The notes under the pieces are model-generated. The model saw only the letters and a program-made list of their open reading frames with translations, was not told the DNA's origin and searched no databases. The position numbers and the translations under genes were made by a program. From an uncultured virus (IMG/VR IMGVR_UViG_3300032167_007852) (lineage: Duplodnaviria > Heunggongvirae > Uroviricota > Caudoviricetes): DNA of 20,000 bases. Positions 8,765 to 16,639 of the stretch are shown here, one piece after another (the stretch's first letter is position 1; each line of letters opens with the position of its first letter). The DNA lies in the IMG/VR virus record IMGVR_UViG_3300032167_007852, positions 108,250-128,249 of that record; one strand, written 5' to 3'.

Positions 8765-8797
8765 TTTATTCACCCCACATTTTTTATTAATTTATAA

Positions 8798-8837
8798 AGA
8801 TGTTGGACTATAAATAATTATCTATAATCCAACATCT
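8798..8837 (-). terminator. Stem-loop, probable terminator after 8844..9416
   Basis: 40-nt near-palindrome AGATGTTGGA...TCCAACATCT. Its two mismatches become G-U pairs on the minus strand. Confidence 0.7.
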
Positions 8838-8843
8838 CTTGTA

Positions 8844-9416
8844 TTAAATTAAATCATAATATGATATGATATCACCTATCATCTCAGAACCTGATTTACC
8901 AGCTAAAACAGACATTAATCCTATCGCTCTTGTATTACCTCTTATTTGAAATGGTTTATTTGCAAATCCAAATGTAAATTTTATCTTTTGCCATAAACTT
9001 TCTTTCTTATAAACTAAATCAGATTCTATAGAATGTTTTAATATTTCCGTAGCATTAATTGTCTTACCTTCATGTTCGTATATATAATGTAATAGAAAAC
9101 AGAAAACCATTGCTCTATTTAATAAACTATCTCCGCCTAAAGTTATATATTTATCAGCTAATGTTGATAATATAAACATCATAGCACCTGAATCATCTGG
9201 TAATCCACTTGTATCTTTTATTATTTCATCTACAGTTGTTAGATTATAATCTGCTATTATACCTAATAACCTTTTAAATGTTTTATTTATTATAATTTCG
9301 CCTTCTTTAACTTTCCAAAAATCACAACCATTGAAGGTTGTAATATATTCATTTAATTCATCACCTATTTCATTTACTATTCTATCCATTATTCTTTGTT
9401 CTCTTAACATATACAA
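8844..9416 (-). CDS. Hypothetical protein, ~190 aa
   Basis: RBS AGGAGG; start is TTG 9416 or ATG 9410. Confidence 0.8.
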   Translation of the reverse strand: MYMLREQRIMDRIVNEIGDELNEYITTFNGCDFWKVKEGEIIINKTFKRLLGIIADYNLTTVDEIIKDTSGLPDDSGAMMFILSTLADKYITLGGDSLLNRAMVFCFLLHYIYEHEGKTINATEILKHSIESDLVYKKESLWQKIKFTFGFANKPFQIRGNTRAIGLMSVLAGKSGSEMIGDIISYYDLI

Positions 9417-9424
9417 TACCTCCT

Positions 9425-10072
9425 TTAATTGTTAAAATATTGTAACACGCTATCAAAATCAATATTATCGTAATATTCTTTTAATAATGTTTGTACTTGT
9501 TCTACAGGTGCATCTTCACCTATTGATATACGTTTATTAAGATAATCATTTTTAGCATTTGCTAAATTACAACCTTCTATAGTTGATGTCATAACATTAT
9601 TATCTGGAAGATATATTCCTCCTGAACTTATTTCATAATTATCTGCTATTGAAGATGTTTCTATTGTATCTGTATCAAATTGTTGTATTATTCCATTTGT
9701 AGCCATATCATTATAAACTAATGATATGTTATTATCATTTAATATTTTTGCTAATTGTGATATCACATCACCTGTTACGTCTCCACTTATATTTTCCCTA
9801 TAAGCCATTTCATTTATAAATCTGTTTAAATTCATTATGTCTATAGCCTGGTCAATATTAGTTTTATCTATAACTGGACCATTGTTCATATTATAATGAT
9901 ATACCATATTCTTTAAATCATTAGGATCATACTTTTGTTGACTTAAGTTGTATTTATTTGCTAAATGTTTTATTGTAACTGTACCTAAATATTTTAAGAT
10001 ATCTTGTGTTGATTTTTTACCTAATAATGTTTTAGCTCCATTTAATAACATTCCTACACAATTATTAATCAT
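9425..10072 (-). CDS. Hypothetical protein, 215 aa, first gene after an early-type promoter
   Basis: RBS AGGAGG; long ORF. Confidence 0.85.
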   Translation of the reverse strand: MINNCVGMLLNGAKTLLGKKSTQDILKYLGTVTIKHLANKYNLSQQKYDPNDLKNMVYHYNMNNGPVIDKTNIDQAIDIMNLNRFINEMAYRENISGDVTGDVISQLAKILNDNNISLVYNDMATNGIIQQFDTDTIETSSIADNYEISSGGIYLPDNNVMTSTIEGCNLANAKNDYLNKRISIGEDAPVEQVQTLLKEYYDNIDFDSVLQYFNN

Positions 10073-10104
10073 AAATAATTACCTCCTATAATTTTAAATT
10101 AAAT

Positions 10105-10143
10105 AATTACATATTATATCTATCATAGATATAATATGTAATT
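10105..10143. repeat. Perfect 19-bp inverted repeat with 1-nt centre, overlapping a promoter
   Basis: AATTACATATTATATCTAT-C-ATAGATATAATATGTAATT. Confidence 0.9.
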
Positions 10144-10164
10144 GAAATATTACTCTGTTACACT
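10122..10164 (-). promoter_or_regulatory. Putative early promoter, copy 1
   Basis: Minus strand AGTGTAA-cagagtaat-ATTTC-aatta-CATATTATA-tct-ATGAT, overlapping the tmk stop codon. Confidence 0.7.
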
Positions 10165-10845
10165 ATCTGGAATTTCTAATGCTTCCCAAGCTTTTTCTGT
10201 TATTTCTTCTCTTGTAAGCATTTCATAACTTCCATCTTCATTCTGCTTACAGCAATCTATCATAACATAACCTTCTATATCACATAATCTTTGTAAATTA
10301 TTATATGCTTTCGTAAGATTTTCTATTGTTTCATTCTCATCCGTTTCTCTACCACGGTTTAAAATGTTTTGATATGATACTTCAGGCTTAACACTCAATA
10401 CTAGGGTGATATCTGGTTCAGGTAAACCTAATAGATCAAATTCTATATATTTCATTTTTGTTATATATACTTCTAATTCATCTTCTGACATGTCATTGCA
10501 TCTGTGTATAAAGTTACTAGAAAGATATCTGTCGAATATCAATAATTTATTTTCATTATATTCATCTAATTTAGATTTTCCATTTTCTCTTATTCGTCCT
10601 AATGAAACCATTCTATCTATAGCATACAACATTCCTTCTCTCACTTCTTTATATCCATCATCATTAAATCTTAAACCTTCATATAAGAATTTATCAACTA
10701 GCTCTCCAGAGAATTCTTCTTGATGTCTTGGAAAACTTATTATCTCGGCTTCTATATTTAATGCTTCAAATTTCTTTTTAAGATTCTCTGCTAATGTTCT
10801 TTTTCCACTTCCATCAATTCCTTCAATAGCTAAAGAAATTCCCAT
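10150..10845 (-). CDS. tmk: Thymidylate (dTMP) kinase
   Basis: P-loop IEGIDGSGKRT, SFPR, LYAIDR, FDRYLSSN and PEPDITLVL motifs. Confidence 0.92.
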   Translation of the reverse strand: MGISLAIEGIDGSGKRTLAENLKKKFEALNIEAEIISFPRHQEEFSGELVDKFLYEGLRFNDDGYKEVREGMLYAIDRMVSLGRIRENGKSKLDEYNENKLLIFDRYLSSNFIHRCNDMSEDELEVYITKMKYIEFDLLGLPEPDITLVLSVKPEVSYQNILNRGRETDENETIENLTKAYNNLQRLCDIEGYVMIDCCKQNEDGSYEMLTREEITEKAWEALEIPDSVTE

Positions 10846-10849
10846 ATAA

Positions 10850-11074
10850 TTACTCTCCCTTCACTAATTCTATTCTAAAATTAACTAATTTACAATCAAC
10901 TATAAATAATGCATAATCTTGTGTAATCTTCATTATATAGTTATCAGTTTCATTAGTTTTCTCAAATACTTCAACTACACATTCTTTAAACTCTTTCACT
11001 GCTGTAGCAAAATCGTTATAATGCATCGTAGCCTTTAATTCATCAACTTCCATTTTCATTGTATACATATTCAT
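10850..11074 (-). CDS. Hypothetical protein, ~74 aa
   Basis: RBS GGAGG; the ATG at 11074 overlaps the upstream stop (TAATG). Confidence 0.75.
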   Translation of the reverse strand: MNMYTMKMEVDELKATMHYNDFATAVKEFKECVVEVFEKTNETDNYIMKITQDYALFIVDCKLVNFRIELVKGE

Positions 11075-11217
11075 TACCTCCATAAATTATTAAAAATAAT
11101 AAGGATTATTCCAAAAGTTAATCCTATTAACATTATAGGGAAAGATAGCAACACGTTATGTGTCGCTATCACTGCTCCTATAATAATATTAATTAAACAT
11201 ACTAACCAATACTTCAT
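11074..11217 (-). CDS. Small two-TM membrane protein, 47 aa (not in ORF track)
   Basis: Manual translation MKYWLVCLINIIIGAVIATHNVLLSFPIMLIGLTFGIILIIFNNLWR*. RBS AGGAGG. Confidence 0.75.
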   Translation of the reverse strand: MKYWLVCLINIIIGAVIATHNVLLSFPIMLIGLTFGIILIIFNNLWR

Positions 11218-11226
11218 TTTACCTCC

Positions 11227-11982
11227 TTATTTTTTGACATTTATAACTTTTGTACTATCTACAAATTCTATTGTATATTTTAAGTTATTTAAATTTATTG
11301 TATCAACTAATTCTTTTAATGCTTTGTTGGCTTTCAATTGAACTTCTGTATCATCATATTTTTGTGCTTCTATTTTAGAATTTCTCATTAATTGTCTTAT
11401 AGCACCTTCTTTTAATTCTTCATCATCATTAAAGCACTCTAACCAATCTATTGCTTTAACTTGCCAATTTTTATATCTTTCTATTTCTTTTATGTCACCT
11501 ACTAATTCTACAGAATCAACTCCAACTGCATCTTTAGGAACTTTTAATATAACTTCTTCTTTATCGAAGTTATAATCTAATTTCATTCTTGTAACATCTA
11601 CAGAATATTTTATTTTGAAATTACCTTGTACTACAACATAATTTTTACCACTCTCACCATATGTTTCTGTCATTCTCATATTTTCTTCACCAAACACTAA
11701 AGCACTTACATCATATATTCCAGATTTAAGTTGCTCAACATGTTCTAAGAATAAATCTGTTTTTCCTTTTTCGTTTTTAACTTCTACTATTTTTGCTGGT
11801 CTGTTATTTATTGTAGGAGCTTGTTTCATTTTGAATACTATTATACAACCTCCCATTATAGTTATTACTGCTAAGATTATTGCTCCAGCTCTTCTTAATT
11901 TATCTTTACGTGTTTCCACAAATTTGCTTGATTTTTCTTTAACAACTTCAATATAAAATTTAACTCTTTCACTTAATTTCAT
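11227..11982 (-). CDS. Membrane-anchored DUF4230-like protein
   Basis: Single N-terminal TM (AGAIILAVITIMGGCIIVF). GNFKIKYSVDVTRM...EVILKVP and the C-terminal ANKALKELV resemble DUF4230. RBS GGAGG favours the ATG at 11982. Confidence 0.6.
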   Translation of the reverse strand: MKLSERVKFYIEVVKEKSSKFVETRKDKLRRAGAIILAVITIMGGCIIVFKMKQAPTINNRPAKIVEVKNEKGKTDLFLEHVEQLKSGIYDVSALVFGEENMRMTETYGESGKNYVVVQGNFKIKYSVDVTRMKLDYNFDKEEVILKVPKDAVGVDSVELVGDIKEIERYKNWQVKAIDWLECFNDDEELKEGAIRQLMRNSKIEAQKYDDTEVQLKANKALKELVDTINLNNLKYTIEFVDSTKVINVKK

Positions 11983-12011
11983 AATAAAACCCTCCATTAT
12001 TTTTTAATATT

Positions 12012-13046
12012 TTATTTAAAGCTTAATGTTATAACTTCTGGTTCAGCTATAGATCTTGTATTATCTAATTTAACTTGAACGTTATCTATTGTTATTTTTA
12101 TATGTTCTGTACTTTTAGCTGTTATAACTTTTGTATTCTCAATGTCTTTAGCTATTTCATCTATGTTATCAACAGTTGAACTTATATTCTCTAATGTTTC
12201 ATTTAATGACTCAACCATTTCATTTACATTCATGACTTCTTCAGCTTTATCTATTACTGCTTGTTTTGTAGGATTCATACTTTGTAATTGATTGTATATA
12301 GATTCAGCTATTTTATCTGAAACATAATTTACATAATCATCACTACAAATCTTAACTATTTCTGCTTTATTAAAATATCCAAATTCACCTAGGATGCTTA
12401 TTTTATTACTATTTTTAAATTGATTTAATTCTCCTATATATCCATCATTAGCTCTATTCGATCTTTGAGGAACATAGTTATTATTCTTTATAGAATTAGA
12501 GAATTTATTTGCTACTTCTGCTGATTTTGTATCTCCTTCATTATACATGAAGAAATATCCTGTACTGTCATCTTTGAAAGAATTATGATGAACTGATAAA
12601 TATATTTTTGGATCACATTTCATTGCTCTTCTACCTGCTGCATTTAAATCTCCAGATTTATCAGTTGCATATTGTAGATTTACATCTACTCCATATTTGC
12701 TATCTAATTTTTTAGCTATAGCTTTTGCAAGTTTTAAATTGATATCATATTCTGATATAAACCATTCGTTGTTTTCAACCCTTAATGGTATGTCACTAGG
12801 TATTTCTTTTATAGAGATTCCATGTTGACTTAAATTTATATCATTACCCCATGTATATCGTTTACCTGGTTTAACTGTATCTTTGTTACCCCATTCACCT
12901 GCTCTGATTACTACTTCTGTTGGTCTTATTGCGTTTTCACTATAATCTGCATATGCTGTATCTTTAGGTAAACTTGTTAATATCATTGCTGCGAATAATA
13001 TTGCTGTTAAAAGATTTTTTCCATATTTTATTATAGCTTGTAACAT
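12012..13046 (-). CDS. N-acetylmuramoyl-L-alanine amidase (Amidase_3) with N-terminal signal/TM and C-terminal coiled coil
   Basis: SEYDINLKLAKAIAKKL, YLSVHHNS, TGYFFMY and SILGEFGYFN motifs. Signal-like LLTAILFAAMILTSLPKDTAYA. RBS GAGGGGTG before the ATG at 13046. Confidence 0.85.
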   Translation of the reverse strand: MLQAIIKYGKNLLTAILFAAMILTSLPKDTAYADYSENAIRPTEVVIRAGEWGNKDTVKPGKRYTWGNDINLSQHGISIKEIPSDIPLRVENNEWFISEYDINLKLAKAIAKKLDSKYGVDVNLQYATDKSGDLNAAGRRAMKCDPKIYLSVHHNSFKDDSTGYFFMYNEGDTKSAEVANKFSNSIKNNNYVPQRSNRANDGYIGELNQFKNSNKISILGEFGYFNKAEIVKICSDDYVNYVSDKIAESIYNQLQSMNPTKQAVIDKAEEVMNVNEMVESLNETLENISSTVDNIDEIAKDIENTKVITAKSTEHIKITIDNVQVKLDNTRSIAEPEVITLSFK

Positions 13047-13118
13047 AATAACACCCCTCAAATTTTTTAAATTTTTATAGCTATCTTTTAGCAAATTTAT
13101 CTTGAAGTTGTTTTTAAG

Positions 13119-13607
13119 TTATCTTACTAATACTGTTGGTAATCCTTGGTTTTCTCTTTCATATTGATATGAAGAATGTAATGCATCTACATCTAAATTA
13201 ACAAATACGTTATTCATATTATACTTAGCATGAATATTAAATACTTCATCCATAAAGTTTCTCATATAAGTTAATTCTTCTATGACTGTTCTATTAAATA
13301 CATTTGTTAAGGTTAATAGATTATCTAATTCCTCTTGAATATATTTAATACCTTTTGTTTCTTCTTGACATCCTTCTCTAACCATTTTTATTTCCCCTAA
13401 TGTTAAGAATGTATTAGTTCCTTGAATATTATATACTTCATAATCTTCATAGAAACTACTATTCCTATCGGATACTGAATAAGGTTTATATGTTATATCA
13501 TCAGTTGTGATACTATATAATTGATTAATATAACTATCACACATCGACATTGTTCCCCAACATATAACCTGATTGAATTTGTCTAAACATATAACATAAT
13601 TATTCAT
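13119..13607 (-). CDS. Hypothetical protein, 162 aa
   Basis: RBS GGGAGG before the ATG at 13607; follows an early-type promoter. Confidence 0.8.
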   Translation of the reverse strand: MNNYVICLDKFNQVICWGTMSMCDSYINQLYSITTDDITYKPYSVSDRNSSFYEDYEVYNIQGTNTFLTLGEIKMVREGCQEETKGIKYIQEELDNLLTLTNVFNRTVIEELTYMRNFMDEVFNIHAKYNMNNVFVNLDVDALHSSYQYERENQGLPTVLVR

Positions 13608-13635
13608 ATTAAATCCTCCCTTAATAATATTTTGT

Positions 13636-13677
13636 ATCACTTTTATAATATATAACTGAAATTTTATAATTTACAGT
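13636..13677 (-). promoter_or_regulatory. Putative early promoter, copy 2
   Basis: Minus strand ACTGTAA-attataaa-ATTTC-agtta-TATATTATA-aaa-GTGAT. Confidence 0.75.
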
Positions 13678-13678
13678 T

Positions 13679-13931
13679 AAAAAAATTATTTCCTCTAAAG
13701 GAAATAATTATGTTTATTGCTTGCGTTAGCGAGAAAATTTGTTCATGTAAATGAACGTATCTTCCTAACCATATTTCTATTTGTAACAACTTCTTTCACT
13801 CACCTTTTTATAAGGTTCGTTTCGTATCTTAATTTCGCTTTCGCTTCATTAAGAAGTTGTTGGTATGTTGATAAATAATTATACGGTTTCGCTGAAATGT
13901 AATTTGCTACAACAATATATACTATTTTGTT
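13679..13931. other. ORF-free multi-hairpin structured element (candidate ssDNA origin/priming signal or ncRNA)
   Basis: Hairpins at 13684-13709, 13720-13733 and 13741-13756. A long-range stem 13785-13795/13851-13861 encloses two tandem-GA hairpins, one with GCGAAAGC (minus strand, 13837-13844). Confidence 0.65.
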
Positions 13932-13942
13932 AAGGAACATAT

Positions 13943-13972
13943 AAAATGTGTATAGCCCTTAGGCTATACACA
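13943..13972 (-). terminator. Intrinsic terminator
   Basis: TGTGTATAGCC-ctta-GGCTATACACA, 11-bp stem with T4 on the minus strand, just after the stop of 13978..14436. Confidence 0.85.
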
Positions 13973-13977
13973 GAATA

Positions 13978-14436
13978 TTATTTTCTAACTTTTCCATCAC
14001 CTATTAATAAATTAGCTTTATTAACTGCTTTACCAACAGCTTTAGATTTAGTATTTTTAGATTTTTTCATAGCTTGTTTTGCTAATTGTTTAGCTTGAGC
14101 AGAATATCTTTTTTCTAATTTTTTCTCTATGAATCTTTCTAATTTCCATAAAGTTAAAAGTTTTTTGAAATCTCTATCATTTTTTTCTTTAGCTACTTGG
14201 AATATAGCCATTTTGTAAGCTTTATTTTTCTTAGCTTCTTTATCTAAACGAACTATACTTCTTTCTACTAATATATCTTCATTTATAGCTTTTCCTAAAT
14301 CGTAAGTATTTTCAGTTAAAGATTCTATTTCTTCACTAGAGAATGTATCTAATATAGCACATTCTACTATTAAAGCATTAATTTCAGTTTCATTACTAAA
14401 TTCATTTATTATTAATCCGTTATCATCGAATATCAT
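13978..14436 (-). CDS. Probable virion head protein (acidic N-terminus, very basic C-terminus)
   Basis: Charge switch around ILVE|RSIVRLDK suggests a cleaved propeptide. Lies in an operon under a late-type promoter. The function is inference. Confidence 0.55.
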   Translation of the reverse strand: MIFDDNGLIINEFSNETEINALIVECAILDTFSSEEIESLTENTYDLGKAINEDILVERSIVRLDKEAKKNKAYKMAIFQVAKEKNDRDFKKLLTLWKLERFIEKKLEKRYSAQAKQLAKQAMKKSKNTKSKAVGKAVNKANLLIGDGKVRK

Positions 14437-14459
14437 AAAATTTACCTACCTTTCGTATT

Positions 14460-15449
14460 TTAATTCATTGTTACACCATATGCACTACAAAAATCTTTTT
14501 TAGCTTGTTCGTATACTGTAAAGAAAGCATTGTAAGCTTTAAATACATTTGAAGTCATTGCACTTATGAATGAACTTACCATAGTTATTAATTGTTCTAC
14601 TTGTGAAATATTACTTTGGTCTATTTCTGCTCCTCCATTACGTGCACCTTCAAGTTGACTTTTTAATTGTTCTAATTGTTTAATGGTATGGCTTTGGGCA
14701 TCGTTAAGATATTTAGAAAGACCTTTACCACCACTTCCTCCATCTCCACCTTTATCCATATCTGCAGATAGATAAGATTCTACTACATTCATTGGTATAT
14801 CTTTTACCTTTACAGGTTGTGCTTCTTTAGGTTCTCCAACCTCTAAAGCTATTCTATCAGCCATAGATGCTTCTGGTACAGCTTTGTATGATCCTTTTCC
14901 TTTAAAGCAAGCACGTTTAACAGCTTTTAAAAGCTGTTTGTTTTCATTTTTATATTTATCTGCAAAAAATGATGATAGGTGGTTTCCTACAACACCATTA
15001 ACGGCATTTATGAATGTATCAGTTACTCCTTCTTTAACTTTGAATTCTGCGAATTTTATCATGTTAACAGTACGTAAAGATCCAGCGAATATATCTCTCA
15101 TTGTTACATTCTTTTTACCTTTATGGATATTTGTATCATAAACGTCACTTGATTTACCTTGAGCACCGCCTTCTCCGATGGCATCATTTATATCATCTAA
15201 AGGAACACTGGATTTTCTACCAAGTAAGAAATCAATCATTTTTTTAACAAGTTCTCTTATCTTAGCAATTACGGTTTTGATAAATTCAACCACTTTATTA
15301 ATCGCATTTTTCACATTTTCACCTAGAGCTTCTTGCATGTAATATTCGTTATTAGCTAATTGACTTATGGTATAGTCTAAATCATATTTAGCCATATTAA
15401 CATCCACCATAGCTTTTTGCTCAGCGATTATATCGTATATATTTCTCAT
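14460..15449 (-). CDS. Probable internal head protein of jumbo-phage type
   Basis: YYMQE|ALGENVKNAINKVVEFIKTVIAKIRELVKKMIDFL: Glu followed by an amphipathic helix, as in processed phiKZ-like head proteins. RBS AAGGAG; late-type promoter upstream. Confidence 0.55.
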   Translation of the reverse strand: MRNIYDIIAEQKAMVDVNMAKYDLDYTISQLANNEYYMQEALGENVKNAINKVVEFIKTVIAKIRELVKKMIDFLLGRKSSVPLDDINDAIGEGGAQGKSSDVYDTNIHKGKKNVTMRDIFAGSLRTVNMIKFAEFKVKEGVTDTFINAVNGVVGNHLSSFFADKYKNENKQLLKAVKRACFKGKGSYKAVPEASMADRIALEVGEPKEAQPVKVKDIPMNVVESYLSADMDKGGDGGSGGKGLSKYLNDAQSHTIKQLEQLKSQLEGARNGGAEIDQSNISQVEQLITMVSSFISAMTSNVFKAYNAFFTVYEQAKKDFCSAYGVTMN

Positions 15450-15482
15450 CCATTACTCTCCTTTCTTTAAGTAATTACAGTA

Positions 15483-15496
15483 ATTATAAGATTGTT
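15483..15496 (-). promoter_or_regulatory. Putative late promoter (AACAATCTTATAAT)
   Basis: Third copy of AACAATC-N2-ATAA, upstream of the head-protein pair. Confidence 0.65.
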
Positions 15497-15500
15497 CTTT

Positions 15501-15543
15501 AGTGTAAAAAGGTAATATTTCGATGCTATATTATATAAGTGAA
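15501..15543 (+). promoter_or_regulatory. Putative early promoter, copy 3
   Basis: AGTGTAA-aaaggtaat-ATTTC-gatgc-TATATTATA-taa-GTGAA. Confidence 0.75.
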
Positions 15544-15655
15544 TAATCAATCAAATAACAATGATGTAACCAACTTAGAATAAGGATTGATTAAATTCTA
15601 TATGATCCTTAACAAAAAATTAATAAAAAATAAAAAAATTAAGGGGGTACACCAT

Positions 15656-16327
15656 ATGAAAGAATTAAGTAACAGTTATTTAGTAGAAAGATTAAATGTT
15701 GAAAATAGTTTAAGAAATGCTGGCGTAATAGAAGTTCAATCTGTAATGCCTGGAGAATCATCTGAATACAAAAACAGAGTGCTTAATCTATTTGGTGGAT
15801 TCGACAAAGCAACAATAAGCGAAATGATGAAACAATGCTTAAAATGGGAAGAGGAAGATGCTGAGATATTATACAAACATTCTCAACAAATCAGACAATT
15901 ACAAGATCCAAGACAATTATTAAAACCAATAATATTAAACATAAACTCTCCTGGAGGACATGTAGATGAATTAATGGCTTTAGTAGACATGTTAGAATCT
16001 ATGCCTGCTCCAGTTATAACAAGAGCTTATGGAGAAATAGCATCTTGTGGTTTTGTATTATTCTGCATAGGGGATGAAAGATATGTTGGACCTAATGTAT
16101 CTTTAATGTACCATGAGATAGCATACGGAATAATGGGAAAAGATAGTGAGATAAGAAATTACAGTGAATATACAAAAAGAGTACAAAAACGTATAGATAG
16201 ATTAATAAAAGCTAAAACAGGAATAACATTAAAGAAATTAGATGAATGGAAAAAATCTAATCAAGATAAATGGCTGGATGCTGAAGAAGCAGTTGAGCTA
16301 GGAATAGCTACAGCATTCTTATATTAA
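15656..16327 (+). CDS. clpP: ClpP-family (S14) serine protease subunit
   Basis: PIILNINSPGG, IASCG (catalytic Ser), LMYHE (His), DKWLDAEEAVELGIA (Asp region). RBS AGGGGG before the ATG at 15656. Confidence 0.9.
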   Translation: MKELSNSYLVERLNVENSLRNAGVIEVQSVMPGESSEYKNRVLNLFGGFDKATISEMMKQCLKWEEEDAEILYKHSQQIRQLQDPRQLLKPIILNINSPGGHVDELMALVDMLESMPAPVITRAYGEIASCGFVLFCIGDERYVGPNVSLMYHEIAYGIMGKDSEIRNYSEYTKRVQKRIDRLIKAKTGITLKKLDEWKKSNQDKWLDAEEAVELGIATAFLY

Positions 16328-16341
16328 AAAGGAGAGATAAT

Positions 16342-16509
16342 ATGAATACGTGGTCAAAATATGAAAGATGTGCAAAAGCAATGTCTGATTATAAAGCAAA
16401 ATTTGGTAAAGGGATACCTGTACAATTATTATTCTATGATATGGAGTATATAATTGAAGTTACAGAAAAAGCAATAAAAGATAATGTTGAATTATCATAT
16501 GAAGAATAA
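16342..16509 (+). CDS. Hypothetical protein, 55 aa (not in ORF track)
   Basis: RBS AAGGAG; MNTWSKYERCAKAMSDYKAKFGKGIPVQLLFYDMEYIIEVTEKAIKDNVELSYEE*. Confidence 0.8.
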   Translation: MNTWSKYERCAKAMSDYKAKFGKGIPVQLLFYDMEYIIEVTEKAIKDNVELSYEE

Positions 16510-16531
16510 GGGATTTCCCTTATTCTTTTTT
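16502..16531 (+). terminator. Intrinsic terminator
   Basis: AAGAATAAGGGA-tt-TCCCTTATTCTT followed by a T-run. Confidence 0.85.
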
Positions 16532-16561
16532 ATATGATCCTAAACATTTAAATATATCAAA

Positions 16562-16603
16562 AGTGTAATTTATAGAATTTCGATACCATATTATAACTGT
16601 GAA
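16562..16603 (+). promoter_or_regulatory. Putative early promoter, copy 4
   Basis: AGTGTAA-tttataga-ATTTC-gatac-CATATTATA-act-GTGAA. Confidence 0.8.
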
Positions 16604-16639
16604 ATACCATAATAATATATTTAATTAGGAGGTAATCAT

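Noticed and set aside
8140..8797. + strand ORFs 8140..8364 and 8537..8797
   Set aside because: They overlap better-supported minus-strand genes, including the zinc-ribbon ORF.
10406..10723. + strand ORF, 105 aa
   Set aside because: Antisense to tmk.
11144..11170. 11-bp hairpin GATAGCGACAC/GTGTTGCTATC (minus strand)
   Set aside because: Lies inside the 47-aa membrane ORF with only a short U-tail; function cannot be supported.
13097..13115. AAAAACAACTTCAAG upstream of the amidase as a late promoter
   Set aside because: Lacks the ATC and the TA at the expected spacing found in the three accepted copies.
13679..13931. Structured region as a tRNA, tmRNA or known riboswitch
   Set aside because: No cloverleaf with T-loop/CCA and no aptamer consensus that I can recognise; kept as an unassigned structured element.
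6571..14894. Near-matches to the TATATGATCC motif (TTTGTATGATCC at ~6571 and ~14883; GTATGATCC on the minus strand at ~9864-9872)
   Set aside because: One mismatch each and inside CDSs where codons (GSYK, KYDP) explain them; not counted.
14884..15141. + strand ORF, 85 aa
   Set aside because: Antisense to the 329-aa gene; no RBS.
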